Source: a virus. Taken from it: a stretch of 62,873 nucleotides of DNA. How positions within the stretch are numbered: the stretch's first letter is position 1; the number at the start of each line of letters is the position of its first letter. The notes beneath the pieces are model-generated. The model was not told the origin of the DNA and ran no database searches. It saw nothing but the letters and a program-made list of their open reading frames with translations. The stretch is taken from positions 1-62,873 of IMG/VR virus record IMGVR_UViG_3300008886_000002, one strand, 5' to 3'. The position numbers were made by a program, and so were the translations under genes. Shown here piece by piece: positions 43,125 to 51,708 of this stretch.

Positions 43125-43861
43125 TGGCACGTACGCCCAACTTCCCTCTGAGTCGCTGGCGTGATCGGAATTTCACGAAGCTGAGCCGTCAAGAGCAGTG
43201 GATGTGCTTCTTGCTCATGTACGGCACTCACCACACCAACAATCTTGGCGTGATACCCGTGACTCCTACGCGGTGGTCGAACATGGTCGCCAATGTGCCA
43301 CCAGTGGAGTGTTTCGAACTGGTTCGCCGGCTTGGTTTGACCGATTGGGTGGTGCTGGACGAATCTATGGACGAGCTGTTCCTGCCCAGCTATATGCGGG
43401 ACTGTCATATTGGCAAGCAGCCAAACCTGTTGCGGAGTGCAATCGCTGACGTCGACAACGTTTGGTCACCCTCAATACGCCTGGCCATTGCCGACGAGTT
43501 CTCTCACATAGACCGCAAGGATGCTCAATCAGCGGCCCATGCCATCCGCGCTGGCACCAAGTTGGCGGTGGGCAGTAGGCGAACCTCACGTCCATCCGTG
43601 GCCTCTGCACTGCGAACGTCTGTCTACCAACGCGATAACTGGAAGTGCTCCTACTGCGACCTAGCGTTTGAACCGGCACCCATTGGCCGTGCGCCAGAGG
43701 ACGAAATCCTCGGCATCTGGCTTGAACTGGACCACATTAGACCCTATTCGCTGGGCGGCGAAGACACCTTCGACAACTTTCGGTCTGCGTGCTCGACATG
43801 CAACCGCCGACGCGGAGTGGACGATGCCGACCTCTGGGCGCAGAGGATTGAGGCGCACTGA
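43124..43861 (+). CDS. Protein with C-terminal HNH nuclease domain
   Basis: VYQRDNWKCSYCDL...LELDHIRPYSLGGEDTFDNFRSACSTCNRRRG. Confidence 0.8.
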   Translation: MARTPNFPLSRWRDRNFTKLSRQEQWMCFLLMYGTHHTNNLGVIPVTPTRWSNMVANVPPVECFELVRRLGLTDWVVLDESMDELFLPSYMRDCHIGKQPNLLRSAIADVDNVWSPSIRLAIADEFSHIDRKDAQSAAHAIRAGTKLAVGSRRTSRPSVASALRTSVYQRDNWKCSYCDLAFEPAPIGRAPEDEILGIWLELDHIRPYSLGGEDTFDNFRSACSTCNRRRGVDDADLWAQRIEAH

Positions 43862-44586
43862 TGCCCTGGTTTCAGGTAGACGACCAGCTTCCTCTCCATC
43901 GCAAGGTCACCAGCGCAGGCAACGCGGCTATGGGGCTGTGGGTGAGGGCTGGTTCGTGGTGTCAGCAGAACCTCACTGGGGGTTTCGTACCGACGGGCAT
44001 CGTCCGCTCTCTTGGCACGATCGCGCAAGCCAAATCGCTTGTAGAAGCGGGCTTGTGGCACGCCGTCAAAGGTGGCTATGAGTTTCACGATTGGGATGAG
44101 CATCAGATGTCCGTCGAAGAGCTGAGAGAGCGGAAGCGGAAGCGACAAGAAGCAGGTCGTAAGGGTGGGCAAGCCTCTGGTGAGAGCAGGCGCGGCGAAG
44201 CATCTGCTCAAGCAAATGCTGAAGCAAGTGCTTCACCAAATGCCGACCAAAAGCTCAACGAAAATCGAACCCCTGGCCCTGGCCTTGTCCCTTTTGGGGT
44301 TACTTATGGAGGTGGGGTTGCGGAAGGTGATGATCCCGAACCCCCCCGTTATTGCGACGACCACCCAAACGACACGACCGAGGTGTGCCGTCCCTGCATT
44401 GCCCTCCGTAAGGGCCACGACCGCTGGAAGGAACGCCAGGTTCAGCGTCAGGCTGATGAGGTCGACCAGCAGCGGCAGAAGCGAGAAGCGTTGGCGCAGC
44501 GGCTTAAGGCGTGTGGTCAGTGCGATGAGGACGGCTGGCGCAAAGAGGACCCCTCAATCAAGTGCAAGCACCAGGAGGCGATGTGA
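43861..44586 (+). CDS. Putative DNA-binding or replication-associated protein
   Basis: TGATG coupling. The N-terminal domain MPWFQVDDQLPLHRKV...GNAAMGLWVRAGSW...GFVP is common in actinophage early regions. Basic linker and a Cys cluster follow. Confidence 0.6.
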   Translation: MPWFQVDDQLPLHRKVTSAGNAAMGLWVRAGSWCQQNLTGGFVPTGIVRSLGTIAQAKSLVEAGLWHAVKGGYEFHDWDEHQMSVEELRERKRKRQEAGRKGGQASGESRRGEASAQANAEASASPNADQKLNENRTPGPGLVPFGVTYGGGVAEGDDPEPPRYCDDHPNDTTEVCRPCIALRKGHDRWKERQVQRQADEVDQQRQKREALAQRLKACGQCDEDGWRKEDPSIKCKHQEAM

Positions 44587-44993
44587 GAACTCTCAATGAG
44601 GTCATGGACAACTCACCCAAACGGCCGGCGTTCTCTAACGGCACTGAAGGCTACGACTGGATGTACCGCTGGTGCGACCGCTGCCACCACCCCGTCGAGA
44701 AGGCGTGGCAGGCGTACAGCACTGGGAAGCGTAAGACCCAGTTGAAGGGCTACGAGGGTGGCTGCCCACTGCTCATGGCGGCGATGTCCGGTGATGTCAC
44801 TCCTACGGAATGGCTTGTCCAGGAGGGCGGTGTGGACCGGTATCACTGCGTGGAGTTCCGCGGCCCCGATGACGGTGGTGGTGAGCCGCACCCGAAGCCC
44901 GAACCTCCGAACATGGATGGGTTGTTCGAACGTCCCGAGCGGCATGTACGGATGCTGCAACAGGGCTCGGTGGAGGAGGTCGTCAATGCCTGA
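44583..44993 (+). CDS. Hypothetical protein (136 aa)
   Basis: GTGA overlap. Internal to track ORF 44562. Confidence 0.6.
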   Translation: MRTLNEVMDNSPKRPAFSNGTEGYDWMYRWCDRCHHPVEKAWQAYSTGKRKTQLKGYEGGCPLLMAAMSGDVTPTEWLVQEGGVDRYHCVEFRGPDDGGGEPHPKPEPPNMDGLFERPERHVRMLQQGSVEEVVNA

Positions 44994-45396
44994 CAACCCA
45001 TGCCCCACATGCGGACACGAACAGCCGCCCGTCGTTCACGACAACTGCGTCTCCTGCGGGGTGGAGCTCGTTGACGTTTTCAACAACCCGTCGTGTCGGC
45101 AGTACTCCGAGGCACTTGAGGTGAAGTTGCTGGGTGGGTACGGGATGTTCTTCGACACCATCGTCGGCGATTCAGTTCACCGCCGCGGAGGACCCATCGT
45201 GAGCTTTGTAGGTAACCAACAGACCACCGAGGAGCGCCCCATGAGCACCGAGGTTGAACAGCTTCGGGCCGTCGTCGCCTCGGTTCGGAACACCCACACC
45301 GGCACCAACAACCACGGCAAGCCGTGGTGTTGGGAATGCAACCGCCCCGCACCCTGCCCCACCCTCCAAACCGTCATCCAAGGGAGCACCTTATGA
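44986..45396 (+). CDS. Zinc-ribbon protein (136 aa)
   Basis: 8-nt overlap. Contains CPTCGH...CVSCG and CWECNRPAPCPT. Confidence 0.6.
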   Translation: MPDNPCPTCGHEQPPVVHDNCVSCGVELVDVFNNPSCRQYSEALEVKLLGGYGMFFDTIVGDSVHRRGGPIVSFVGNQQTTEERPMSTEVEQLRAVVASVRNTHTGTNNHGKPWCWECNRPAPCPTLQTVIQGSTL

Positions 45397-45731
45397 GCGA
45401 GGTCGACCGGTTACTAAGCGCGTTGGCGGCCTGTATCGACGATCTCAAGGAATGGGGCGGCCTTCCCAGAGCAGAGACACCAATGCCTAACCCGTACCCC
45501 TACGACTCGCTGCTCCACGTGATGTACGCGTCCACCACTGCGCCGTCCTGGGCCGTTCTCGACTGGGGCATGGGCGAGAAGCCCGAGGCGCGCATCGTGG
45601 CGATGTTTTACACCCAACCGGAAGCTTCGGAGTACAGCGCGTGGCGAAGGAAGGGCCGAATTGCCGCTTCATTGGCCGCTGAGGCGACGAATGAGGGTTC
45701 CCCGGTGTCATCGGATAGGAGCACGCCGTGA
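45393..45731 (+). CDS. Hypothetical protein (112 aa)
   Basis: ATGA overlap. Confidence 0.6.
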   Translation: MSEVDRLLSALAACIDDLKEWGGLPRAETPMPNPYPYDSLLHVMYASTTAPSWAVLDWGMGEKPEARIVAMFYTQPEASEYSAWRRKGRIAASLAAEATNEGSPVSSDRSTP

Positions 45732-45931
45732 GTGAGTTGTTGATCCGCTGCTCTGATTGCCCCCGCTCCGAACACATCACGTGGCTGCCGCTGCTGTGGC
45801 ACGCCACCTGCCCTGAGTGCGCGGAGACCACCGCAGCCAACCACCGCCGCGACCACCCCGGCCACCGTGTCGAAGTCATCCACACCCCAGACATCACGGT
45901 GACACCCCTACGACGAAGGAGCAGCTGGTGA
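45728..45931 (+). CDS. Zinc-ribbon protein (67 aa)
   Basis: GTGA overlap. Contains CSDC...CPEC. Confidence 0.6.
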   Translation: MSELLIRCSDCPRSEHITWLPLLWHATCPECAETTAANHRRDHPGHRVEVIHTPDITVTPLRRRSSW

Positions 45932-46173
45932 CCAGACCGTCCTACAACACACCCCTCCTCAAAGACCTCGTAGCGCTCCGATACAGGCGGGGCCTCACCC
46001 AACGCGAAGTCGCCGAACGCATGAACGTCACCACCAACGCGGTGTCCATGATCGAGAACGGGCGCCGCGGCGGGAACATCGCCACCATCACCGCTTACGC
46101 GGCAGCTGTGGGGGCCGAGTTGACGATGCGGGAGTTGACATTCGACCCCATCCCAGACAGGTGGTCAGCGTGA
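45928..46173 (+). CDS. XRE-family HTH DNA-binding protein
   Basis: GTGA overlap. Contains GLTQREVAERMNVTTNAVSMIENGRR. Confidence 0.7.
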   Translation: MTRPSYNTPLLKDLVALRYRRGLTQREVAERMNVTTNAVSMIENGRRGGNIATITAYAAAVGAELTMRELTFDPIPDRWSA

Positions 46174-46325
46174 CTGCTGCGTTCGCGGATTGCATGCACG
46201 TCCCGTGTGGTGAGTGCGGCGCGGAGGTCAACGCGTACTGCACCTTCGAAGTCAACGGCCGCGTGTTCCGCCGCCACTGCCCCTGCAAGGAACGCATGCT
46301 CACAGCACTCAAGGAAACATCATGA
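46170..46325 (+). CDS. Cys-rich protein (51 aa)
   Basis: GTGA overlap upstream and ATGA downstream. Read directly. Confidence 0.5.
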   Translation: MTAAFADCMHVPCGECGAEVNAYCTFEVNGRVFRRHCPCKERMLTALKETS

Positions 46326-46681
46326 GACTCCCACGTTTGTTCCCTCCTAAGCCTTTTCGTCCTGTGTTGGTAGCAGGACACGCCTGGTGCCAATTTTGCG
46401 ACATGTGGAAGCCGTTCGACGTGATCCCCGCTAACACGCAGTTACGACATTCCAGCGTTCGTGGTGTGTATCCGCTGCGGCACCACACTCATCTACGAAC
46501 TGGAAGAGCAAGCGTCGTGAAGATCAGGTGCCGAATCGGTTGGCACGCATGGAATCCGTGGCGTAAGGGAGCGAAATACGTGGACATCTCGTATGGCGAC
46601 AGGGTGCCGTCGCGCAAATACGACAGAGAATGCCGCGACTGCGGCAAGCCGCAAAACACGTTCAGTTACGGGGGGAGCTGA
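46322..46681 (+). CDS. Hypothetical protein; possibly two genes joined by a frame anomaly
   Basis: Uninterrupted 119-codon frame, but the middle is Arg/His-rich. An alternative frame gives a CIRCG zinc-ribbon end with a GTGA junction at 46517. Confidence 0.45.
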   Translation: MRLPRLFPPKPFRPVLVAGHAWCQFCDMWKPFDVIPANTQLRHSSVRGVYPLRHHTHLRTGRASVVKIRCRIGWHAWNPWRKGAKYVDISYGDRVPSRKYDRECRDCGKPQNTFSYGGS

Positions 46682-46932
46682 TGAACGCCTGCAAGTGCGG
46701 GTCGACGAGCTGCGCAGCACTCACCCCCGGCGTGACCACCATGCCCACACCATTCGGCACATGGCACCGCCCTGCCGAGCACGCCTGCTGGTGCTGTCTC
46801 TGCAATCCCGGGGCGTGGTGGATGGTCACCTGCGGGTTGTGCGGGAGCAAGCGATGCCCGAAAGCCGTGTGGCACAAACAACCCTGCGACTGCCACGAAT
46901 CCAATCCACCTACTGAAGGGGACGCAGCATGA
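46681..46932 (+). CDS. Cys-rich protein (83 aa)
   Basis: TGATG coupling. 15 Cys residues. Confidence 0.6.
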   Translation: MNACKCGSTSCAALTPGVTTMPTPFGTWHRPAEHACWCCLCNPGAWWMVTCGLCGSKRCPKAVWHKQPCDCHESNPPTEGDAA

Positions 46933-47393
46933 CCGACCATCAGGGGCGCACCTTGCCGCCATTCCCCACAGACGACTTCACGCTCACCCAGCTCGACCAC
47001 GCCCTAGACGCGAGCATCGACTTTGACGACGACGGTAAACGCATTGTCGTGGGAGCAGACTTCACGTTCTCCCAATTCCTCGACTTCATGTCCGGGTACG
47101 ACCCCGAGCGCGCCACCCTGATCGGGCACACCGACGTCATCCCCGGCACTGACGTACCCCACGACCATTCGATACCCATCTACGAGTCGTGGGACGAGCA
47201 CTACACCGAGCATTCCGTCATACGGGCGTTGCTGTCTGAGGTTGTGTCTTTGCGGTCGACCTTGGCACGGGTACGGGAACTGCACCGCGAGCATGAGCAT
47301 CTCGCGATGTGTGTCGACTGTGAGGGCTCTTGGCCGTGCCCAACCATCGCTGTTTTGGGTTCTGTTGCACCTACTGAGGATGGAGCAGCATGA
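46929..47393 (+). CDS. Hypothetical protein (154 aa)
   Basis: ATGA overlap. C-terminal CVDCEGSWPCPT motif is shared with 44986..45396. Confidence 0.65.
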   Translation: MTDHQGRTLPPFPTDDFTLTQLDHALDASIDFDDDGKRIVVGADFTFSQFLDFMSGYDPERATLIGHTDVIPGTDVPHDHSIPIYESWDEHYTEHSVIRALLSEVVSLRSTLARVRELHREHEHLAMCVDCEGSWPCPTIAVLGSVAPTEDGAA

Positions 47394-47914
47394 GCGAGGT
47401 GCCGATTGAGCAAGAAGTTTGGCTGCCTGTCCCGGGTTGGGAATTGGCCTACGAGGTGAGTTCCTACGGTCGGATCAGATCACTAGACAGAGCAGAATCT
47501 ATAGGAATGGCGGTTAGGTCAAGACGGGGGTGCATCCTGAAAACGCGTTGCGGCAACAGCGGATACCAACAGGTTCACCTTCACAAGATGGGCAAACGGA
47601 AAGCAGCATCTATCCACCGTTTGGTATGCGAAGCGTTCCACGGACCTTGCCCTGCAGGTATGGAAGCTCGCCACCTCAACGATGTGAAGCATGACAACAG
47701 GGCTGAAAACTTAGCGTGGGGTACAAAGTCGCAGAACTCGCACGATGCTCGAAGTAATAACCATCACCCACAGGCGCGTAAGACCCACTGCAAGTGGGGT
47801 CATGAGTTCACCGAGCAGAACACGAAAATTGGTCGCAACGGGTGGCGGTGGTGCCGACAATGCCACCGAGACGATGGCGCCCGACGGTACAAACTGTCAG
47901 GAAGTGCTGCATGA
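47390..47914 (+). CDS. HNH homing endonuclease (NUMOD4 + HNH_3 type)
   Basis: WLPVPGWELAYEVSSYGRIRS, IHRLVCEAFHG...ARHLNDVKHDNRAENL and HCKWGH...CRQC. Confidence 0.85.
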   Translation: MSEVPIEQEVWLPVPGWELAYEVSSYGRIRSLDRAESIGMAVRSRRGCILKTRCGNSGYQQVHLHKMGKRKAASIHRLVCEAFHGPCPAGMEARHLNDVKHDNRAENLAWGTKSQNSHDARSNNHHPQARKTHCKWGHEFTEQNTKIGRNGWRWCRQCHRDDGARRYKLSGSAA

Positions 47915-48540
47915 CCGAGGTACAGGTCGACGACGGGAACCTCCCGGCAGCGTTGAGAGCGTTGGACGACGCCCTGCATGTGCTGATGAACCCTCAGCAG
48001 CAGGTCATCAACGACGAACTGATGATCGGCCCGTCGCTTTACATGCAGTTGTGGGACGCGGTTTCGGGGGAGTCCACTAACGGTGGTGGCGCCGGCTCAG
48101 GTTCAAAGTCCCGACCCCCAGTGTGGATCGACGCCCTGGATTTGTGTCATGAGATCGACCAGGCGGTGGAGTGCTGGCAGCCCATGCACACCGGAACCCC
48201 ACCCACTGTGGGTCGGTTGAGGCATCTACGGGCGCGGGCGTGGAGGCCGCAAGATGTCCGGCAGCTCGAGCAGATCACCACAGCGGTAGCAGCGTGGGCG
48301 GCGTCCATCGAAGAGTTGATGAACCCCCCCGCGAAGTGGACGCTCCCGTACCCGTGTCCCCGCTGCCAAACCACCCACGTCTACCGACGCGACTCCACCG
48401 GCGAACTGGTTCGCTCCTACGCCCTTCAAATCTCAGCGGACGGCTGCACCTGCGCCCGATGCAGAGAACACTGGCCCCCAGGGAAACTGCTGTTCCTCGG
48501 ACGCCTGTTGGACACCGTCCCCGACAACGTAGGGGAGTGA
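47911..48540 (+). CDS. Hypothetical protein (209 aa)
   Basis: ATGA overlap. C-terminal CPRC...CARC. Confidence 0.65.
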   Translation: MTEVQVDDGNLPAALRALDDALHVLMNPQQQVINDELMIGPSLYMQLWDAVSGESTNGGGAGSGSKSRPPVWIDALDLCHEIDQAVECWQPMHTGTPPTVGRLRHLRARAWRPQDVRQLEQITTAVAAWAASIEELMNPPAKWTLPYPCPRCQTTHVYRRDSTGELVRSYALQISADGCTCARCREHWPPGKLLFLGRLLDTVPDNVGE

Positions 48541-48788
48541 TTGTGGACCCGATAACGACGGCCATCATTCTGTCCTGGGTTGAAGTCAAGTCCGTGTGCG
48601 AGAGCCTCGTCAAGCACCCAGACAACGACGACGAGAAGGCGGTAGCAGAGCACATCCTCATGGTCATGGCGCGGCATATGCAAGAGGCTCAACCCGGCTC
48701 GCGAACACCAGCACGCGCCGTCCGCCAGGAGACCTGCTTGAAATGCGATGGACCGTTCCAGCCAGACTCTTGCTTCTGCGGTCGCTAG
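48537..48788 (+). CDS. Hypothetical protein (83 aa)
   Basis: GTGA overlap. Last gene of the early operon. Confidence 0.6.
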   Translation: MIVDPITTAIILSWVEVKSVCESLVKHPDNDDEKAVAEHILMVMARHMQEAQPGSRTPARAVRQETCLKCDGPFQPDSCFCGR

Positions 48789-48881
48789 CACAGGGTTCCG
48801 ACACGCCTGCCAACATCTCTTGCCATAACGGCAAATTGCTGTACCGTTATTAACGCGAGGCATACGTGTCTCCAAAACCTG

Positions 48882-48914
48882 CCCGCCGTCCGCATGTGAA
48901 TGGCGGGTTTTCTC
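48882..48914 (+). terminator. Rho-independent terminator at the end of the early operon
   Basis: cccgcc N14 ggcggg followed by ttttctc, in a lower-GC 156-nt spacer. Confidence 0.6.
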
Positions 48915-48944
48915 ATTCCTGCCCCATGTTGGAAGGGGTTTCCG

Positions 48945-49136
48945 GTGACCACCATTGCTCCCGCTGACCCCGTCACCCAAATACGCGACGCTGTGGGTTT
49001 CGCACGGGCTGCCCGCCATCACCAGGATTGCCGCTGCGGCCTGTACCGCAAGGACGGTGCTGGGTTCTGCACCGACCGCGAAGCTTTGTGGCAACGAGCA
49101 ATCGACGTGCTGCTGACCACCATTACGCACCGCTGA
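48945..49136 (+). CDS. Hypothetical protein (63 aa)
   Basis: GTG start after the ggaagggg SD, internal to track ORF 48900. Confidence 0.5.
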   Translation: MTTIAPADPVTQIRDAVGFARAARHHQDCRCGLYRKDGAGFCTDREALWQRAIDVLLTTITHR

Positions 49137-49270
49137 TGGACTGTGTCGCCATTCAAGCCCGCATCAAGGGGCCGTGGTACCAACGTCCCGAGACAACACA
49201 ATTAGCTGACAGCCGCACCAATAGCGGTGGATGCACGCTTTGACCAACACTTGCGTTAGCTGGAGGAACC

Positions 49271-49570
49271 ATGAGCGACGAACGCCTCACCACGAACGTC
49301 TGGGTACCCGCCGGTCCCGTCGCCAAGGGAGACATCCTCGCCCAAGCTCTCCTCGACCTCCGGGACAAGATTCCCGCAGCCACCCTCCCCAGCGCGGACA
49401 TCGTGGACTCCAAGGAATCCACGAAAGACAAGATCAAAGGCCGCTCGTACACCGTTGCAGTCACCTACCGGCCGTTGACGAAAGATGAAGGCACCGTTTC
49501 GGTGGAGGACATCGTCGCCGACCTGCAACCCGAACCATTCGACCCGGCAGAGCACGACGACGAAAAGTAA
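49271..49570 (+). CDS. Hypothetical protein (99 aa)
   Basis: ggagga SD. Track ORF. Confidence 0.65.
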   Translation: MSDERLTTNVWVPAGPVAKGDILAQALLDLRDKIPAATLPSADIVDSKESTKDKIKGRSYTVAVTYRPLTKDEGTVSVEDIVADLQPEPFDPAEHDDEK

Positions 49571-49879
49571 ATGACCCTCCAGTTCTTCACCGTCACCGGG
49601 AACCTCCGGGCCATCGTCGTCGATTACGTCGACGCGGGCGTAACCCCCGACATCTCCAACGTCACCTGCACCATCGACTTCATCCCCCGCGTCCCCCGCG
49701 GCCAAGTCGTCTGGGCATCCGGACTCACACCACCCCAAGGCATCCTCATCGCACCCATCAGGGCACGATTCGACGGTGACGGCGCACTCCACACCATCGT
49801 CGGCGACCTTGGCGTTCAACTCCTCGCCAACACCCCTGACATCGACATGGACCAACTGTTGTATGACGTGGTCTTCTGA
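49571..49879 (+). pseudogene. 5' part of a tail-protein paralogue truncated by IS insertion
   Basis: The ORF ends at a TGA that is the first 3 nt of the IS left inverted repeat. It continues in frame at 51227 once the IS and one TTC copy are removed. Confidence 0.85.
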
Positions 49880-49930
49880 AACGCCCTGGAAATCCCGGAG
49901 GCTCCTGACCTTGGAAACGAGGATGCAGGT

Positions 49931-50275
49931 ATGCCGAAGGAACAGTCGCCGGGGAAACCCACGGCGCGTCGATACAGCCCCGAGGAGAAGGCCGCTGCGG
50001 TACGGATGGTCCGCGCCCTGCGTGCCGAGCTGGGCACCGAGCAGGGCACGGTGTCGCGGGTAGCCCGTCAGCTCGGCTACGGGGTCGAGTCGGTGCGCTC
50101 CTGGGTGCGCCAGGCCGACATCGACGACGGGTATGCGCCAGGGGTATCCACCGCGGAGTCTCAGCGGGTCAAAGAACTCGAGCAAGAGATACGAGAACTC
50201 AAGCGCGCCAATGAGATTCTGAAGCGAGCAGCCAGTTTCTTCGGGGCGGAGCTCGACCGCCAACACAAGAGATAG
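49931..50275 (+). CDS. IS3-family transposase OrfA (HTH plus leucine zipper)
   Basis: RRYSPEEKAAAVRMV...VARQLGYGVESVRSWVRQ...ELEQEIRELKRANEILKRA. Confidence 0.9.
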   Translation: MPKEQSPGKPTARRYSPEEKAAAVRMVRALRAELGTEQGTVSRVARQLGYGVESVRSWVRQADIDDGYAPGVSTAESQRVKELEQEIRELKRANEILKRAASFFGAELDRQHKR

Positions 50276-50346
50276 TCACCTTCATCGACGACAACCGCGA
50301 GGAGTTCGGGGTCGAGCCCATCATCACCGTCCTGCACACCGCAGGG

Positions 50347-51192
50347 GTGACGGTGGCCCCGAGCACCTACTACGCGGCCAAGTCGCGCGCTCCGTCGCAG
50401 CGGGCCTGCCGTGACGCTGTCCTGGGTCCGGCCCTGGTGGCGCTCTGGGAGGACAACTACCGGGTCTACGGGGTTCGCAAGCTGTGGAAGACGGCACGTC
50501 GGGCCGGCCACGACGTCGGCCGCGACCAGGTGGCCCGGCTGATGCGGGCGGCCGGGATCGAAGGCGCACGGCGCGGCAAACGGGTGCGAACCACCAAACC
50601 CGACCACAGCGCCGAACGGCACCCGGATTTGGTCAATCGGAAGTTCACCGCGAGCGCCCCGAACCAATTGTGGGTTACGGATCTGACGTTCGTGCCGACC
50701 TGGGCCGGGGTGGCGTATGTCTGCTTCATCGTCGACGCCTACTCCCGGATGATCGTTGGCTGGCGCGTCGCATCCCACATGCGGACCACCATGGTCCTTG
50801 ATGCGTTGGAGATGGCGCGCTGGTCACGCGGAAACACGTTGCCGGGCTTGACATGTCACTCGGATGCCGGATCGCAATTCACATCTATCCGCTACGGCGA
50901 ACGACTCGCCGAGATCGGCGCAGCCCCGTCGATCGGTTCGATCGGGGACAGCTATGATAACGCCCTCGCGGAGACGGTGAACGGCTACTACAAGGCCGAG
51001 CTGATCTACGGGCCGGCCCGCACCGGCCCGTGGAAGACCGTCGAAGACGTCGAGTTGGCGACCCTGGGATGGGTGTACTGGCACAACACCGCCCGCCTTC
51101 ACGGCTACCTCAGCGACGTCCCTCCGACCGAGTTCGAAGCCGCATTCTACGATGCACAGCGGACCGACCAAACCCTGGTCGAAATCCAATAG
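50347..51192 (+). CDS. IS3-family transposase OrfB (DDE catalytic core; made as an OrfAB -1 frameshift fusion)
   Basis: WVTDLTF, HSDAGSQFTS and DNALAETVNGYYKAE (D, D, E plus K). The -1 frame is open from 50215 and overlaps the orfA end at 50275. Confidence 0.9.
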   Translation: MTVAPSTYYAAKSRAPSQRACRDAVLGPALVALWEDNYRVYGVRKLWKTARRAGHDVGRDQVARLMRAAGIEGARRGKRVRTTKPDHSAERHPDLVNRKFTASAPNQLWVTDLTFVPTWAGVAYVCFIVDAYSRMIVGWRVASHMRTTMVLDALEMARWSRGNTLPGLTCHSDAGSQFTSIRYGERLAEIGAAPSIGSIGDSYDNALAETVNGYYKAELIYGPARTGPWKTVEDVELATLGWVYWHNTARLHGYLSDVPPTEFEAAFYDAQRTDQTLVEIQ

Positions 51193-51223
51193 CTCGAGCC
51201 TCCGACAGAACCAGGGCGTTTCA

Positions 51224-51355
51224 TTCAGCAACCTGAACTTCGCCAAGGCACCAGACGACGCACTCATCTCACCCTTCGCCTTCGAAGCCCCCAAGGCCAC
51301 CACGACCGTCGACCTGTCACAACTCGAACGCATACCTGCCCTACCCGGACTCTGA
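51224..51355 (+). pseudogene. 3' part of the IS-disrupted tail-protein paralogue (TTC duplication plus 42 codons)
   Basis: SNLNFAKAPDDALISPFAFEAPKATTTVDLSQLERIPALPGL aligns with FTFQAPLTATTVDLVEVTPLPG of 16552..17238. Confidence 0.8.
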
Positions 51356-51356
51356 G

Positions 51357-51596
51357 CTACAGGTACCGCACACGCTTCTTGTTGGACAGGGCAATGAACA
51401 GCCACACCCACGCCCAACCGCCGCACAACCAGAACGTCAACAACGTCAATATCAAATGCAGCACATGGTTCGGGCCCTCGACCACCGTCACAGGATCAGG
51501 CCCCATGGGCGCAGTGTGGTCCGTCCACTGCGTGCCGTCGAACCACCGCTGCACCGGCACACCCGACGGATCTGGATACCACCCCGGTTGACTCAT
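51357..51596 (-). CDS. DUF2510-type membrane protein
   Basis: GWYPDPSG...QRWFDGTQWTDH followed by the TM region LHLILTLLTFWLCGGWAWVWLFIAL. A minus-strand gene in plus-strand surroundings. Confidence 0.7.
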   Translation of the reverse strand: MSQPGWYPDPSGVPVQRWFDGTQWTDHTAPMGPDPVTVVEGPNHVLHLILTLLTFWLCGGWAWVWLFIALSNKKRVRYL

Positions 51597-51708
51597 AACC
51601 CCGCAGCCTAGCTAACGCGTCGGACCTAGACGGTAAGATTTCAGACATAAGGCCCCGGCGAGGACGGCAATCCTCCCGGGGAATGGCCAACCTGGATGAG
51701 AGGCTGAC

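Larger units (their letters stand above)
49877..51223 (+). mobile_element. IS3-family insertion sequence (1347 bp) with a 3-bp TTC target-site duplication
   Basis: IRL is tgaaacgccctgg aaatcc cggaggctc. The reverse complement of IRR is tgaaacgccctgg ttctgt cggaggctc. TG...CA ends, TTC on both flanks, and orfA/orfB in a -1 arrangement. Confidence 0.9.
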
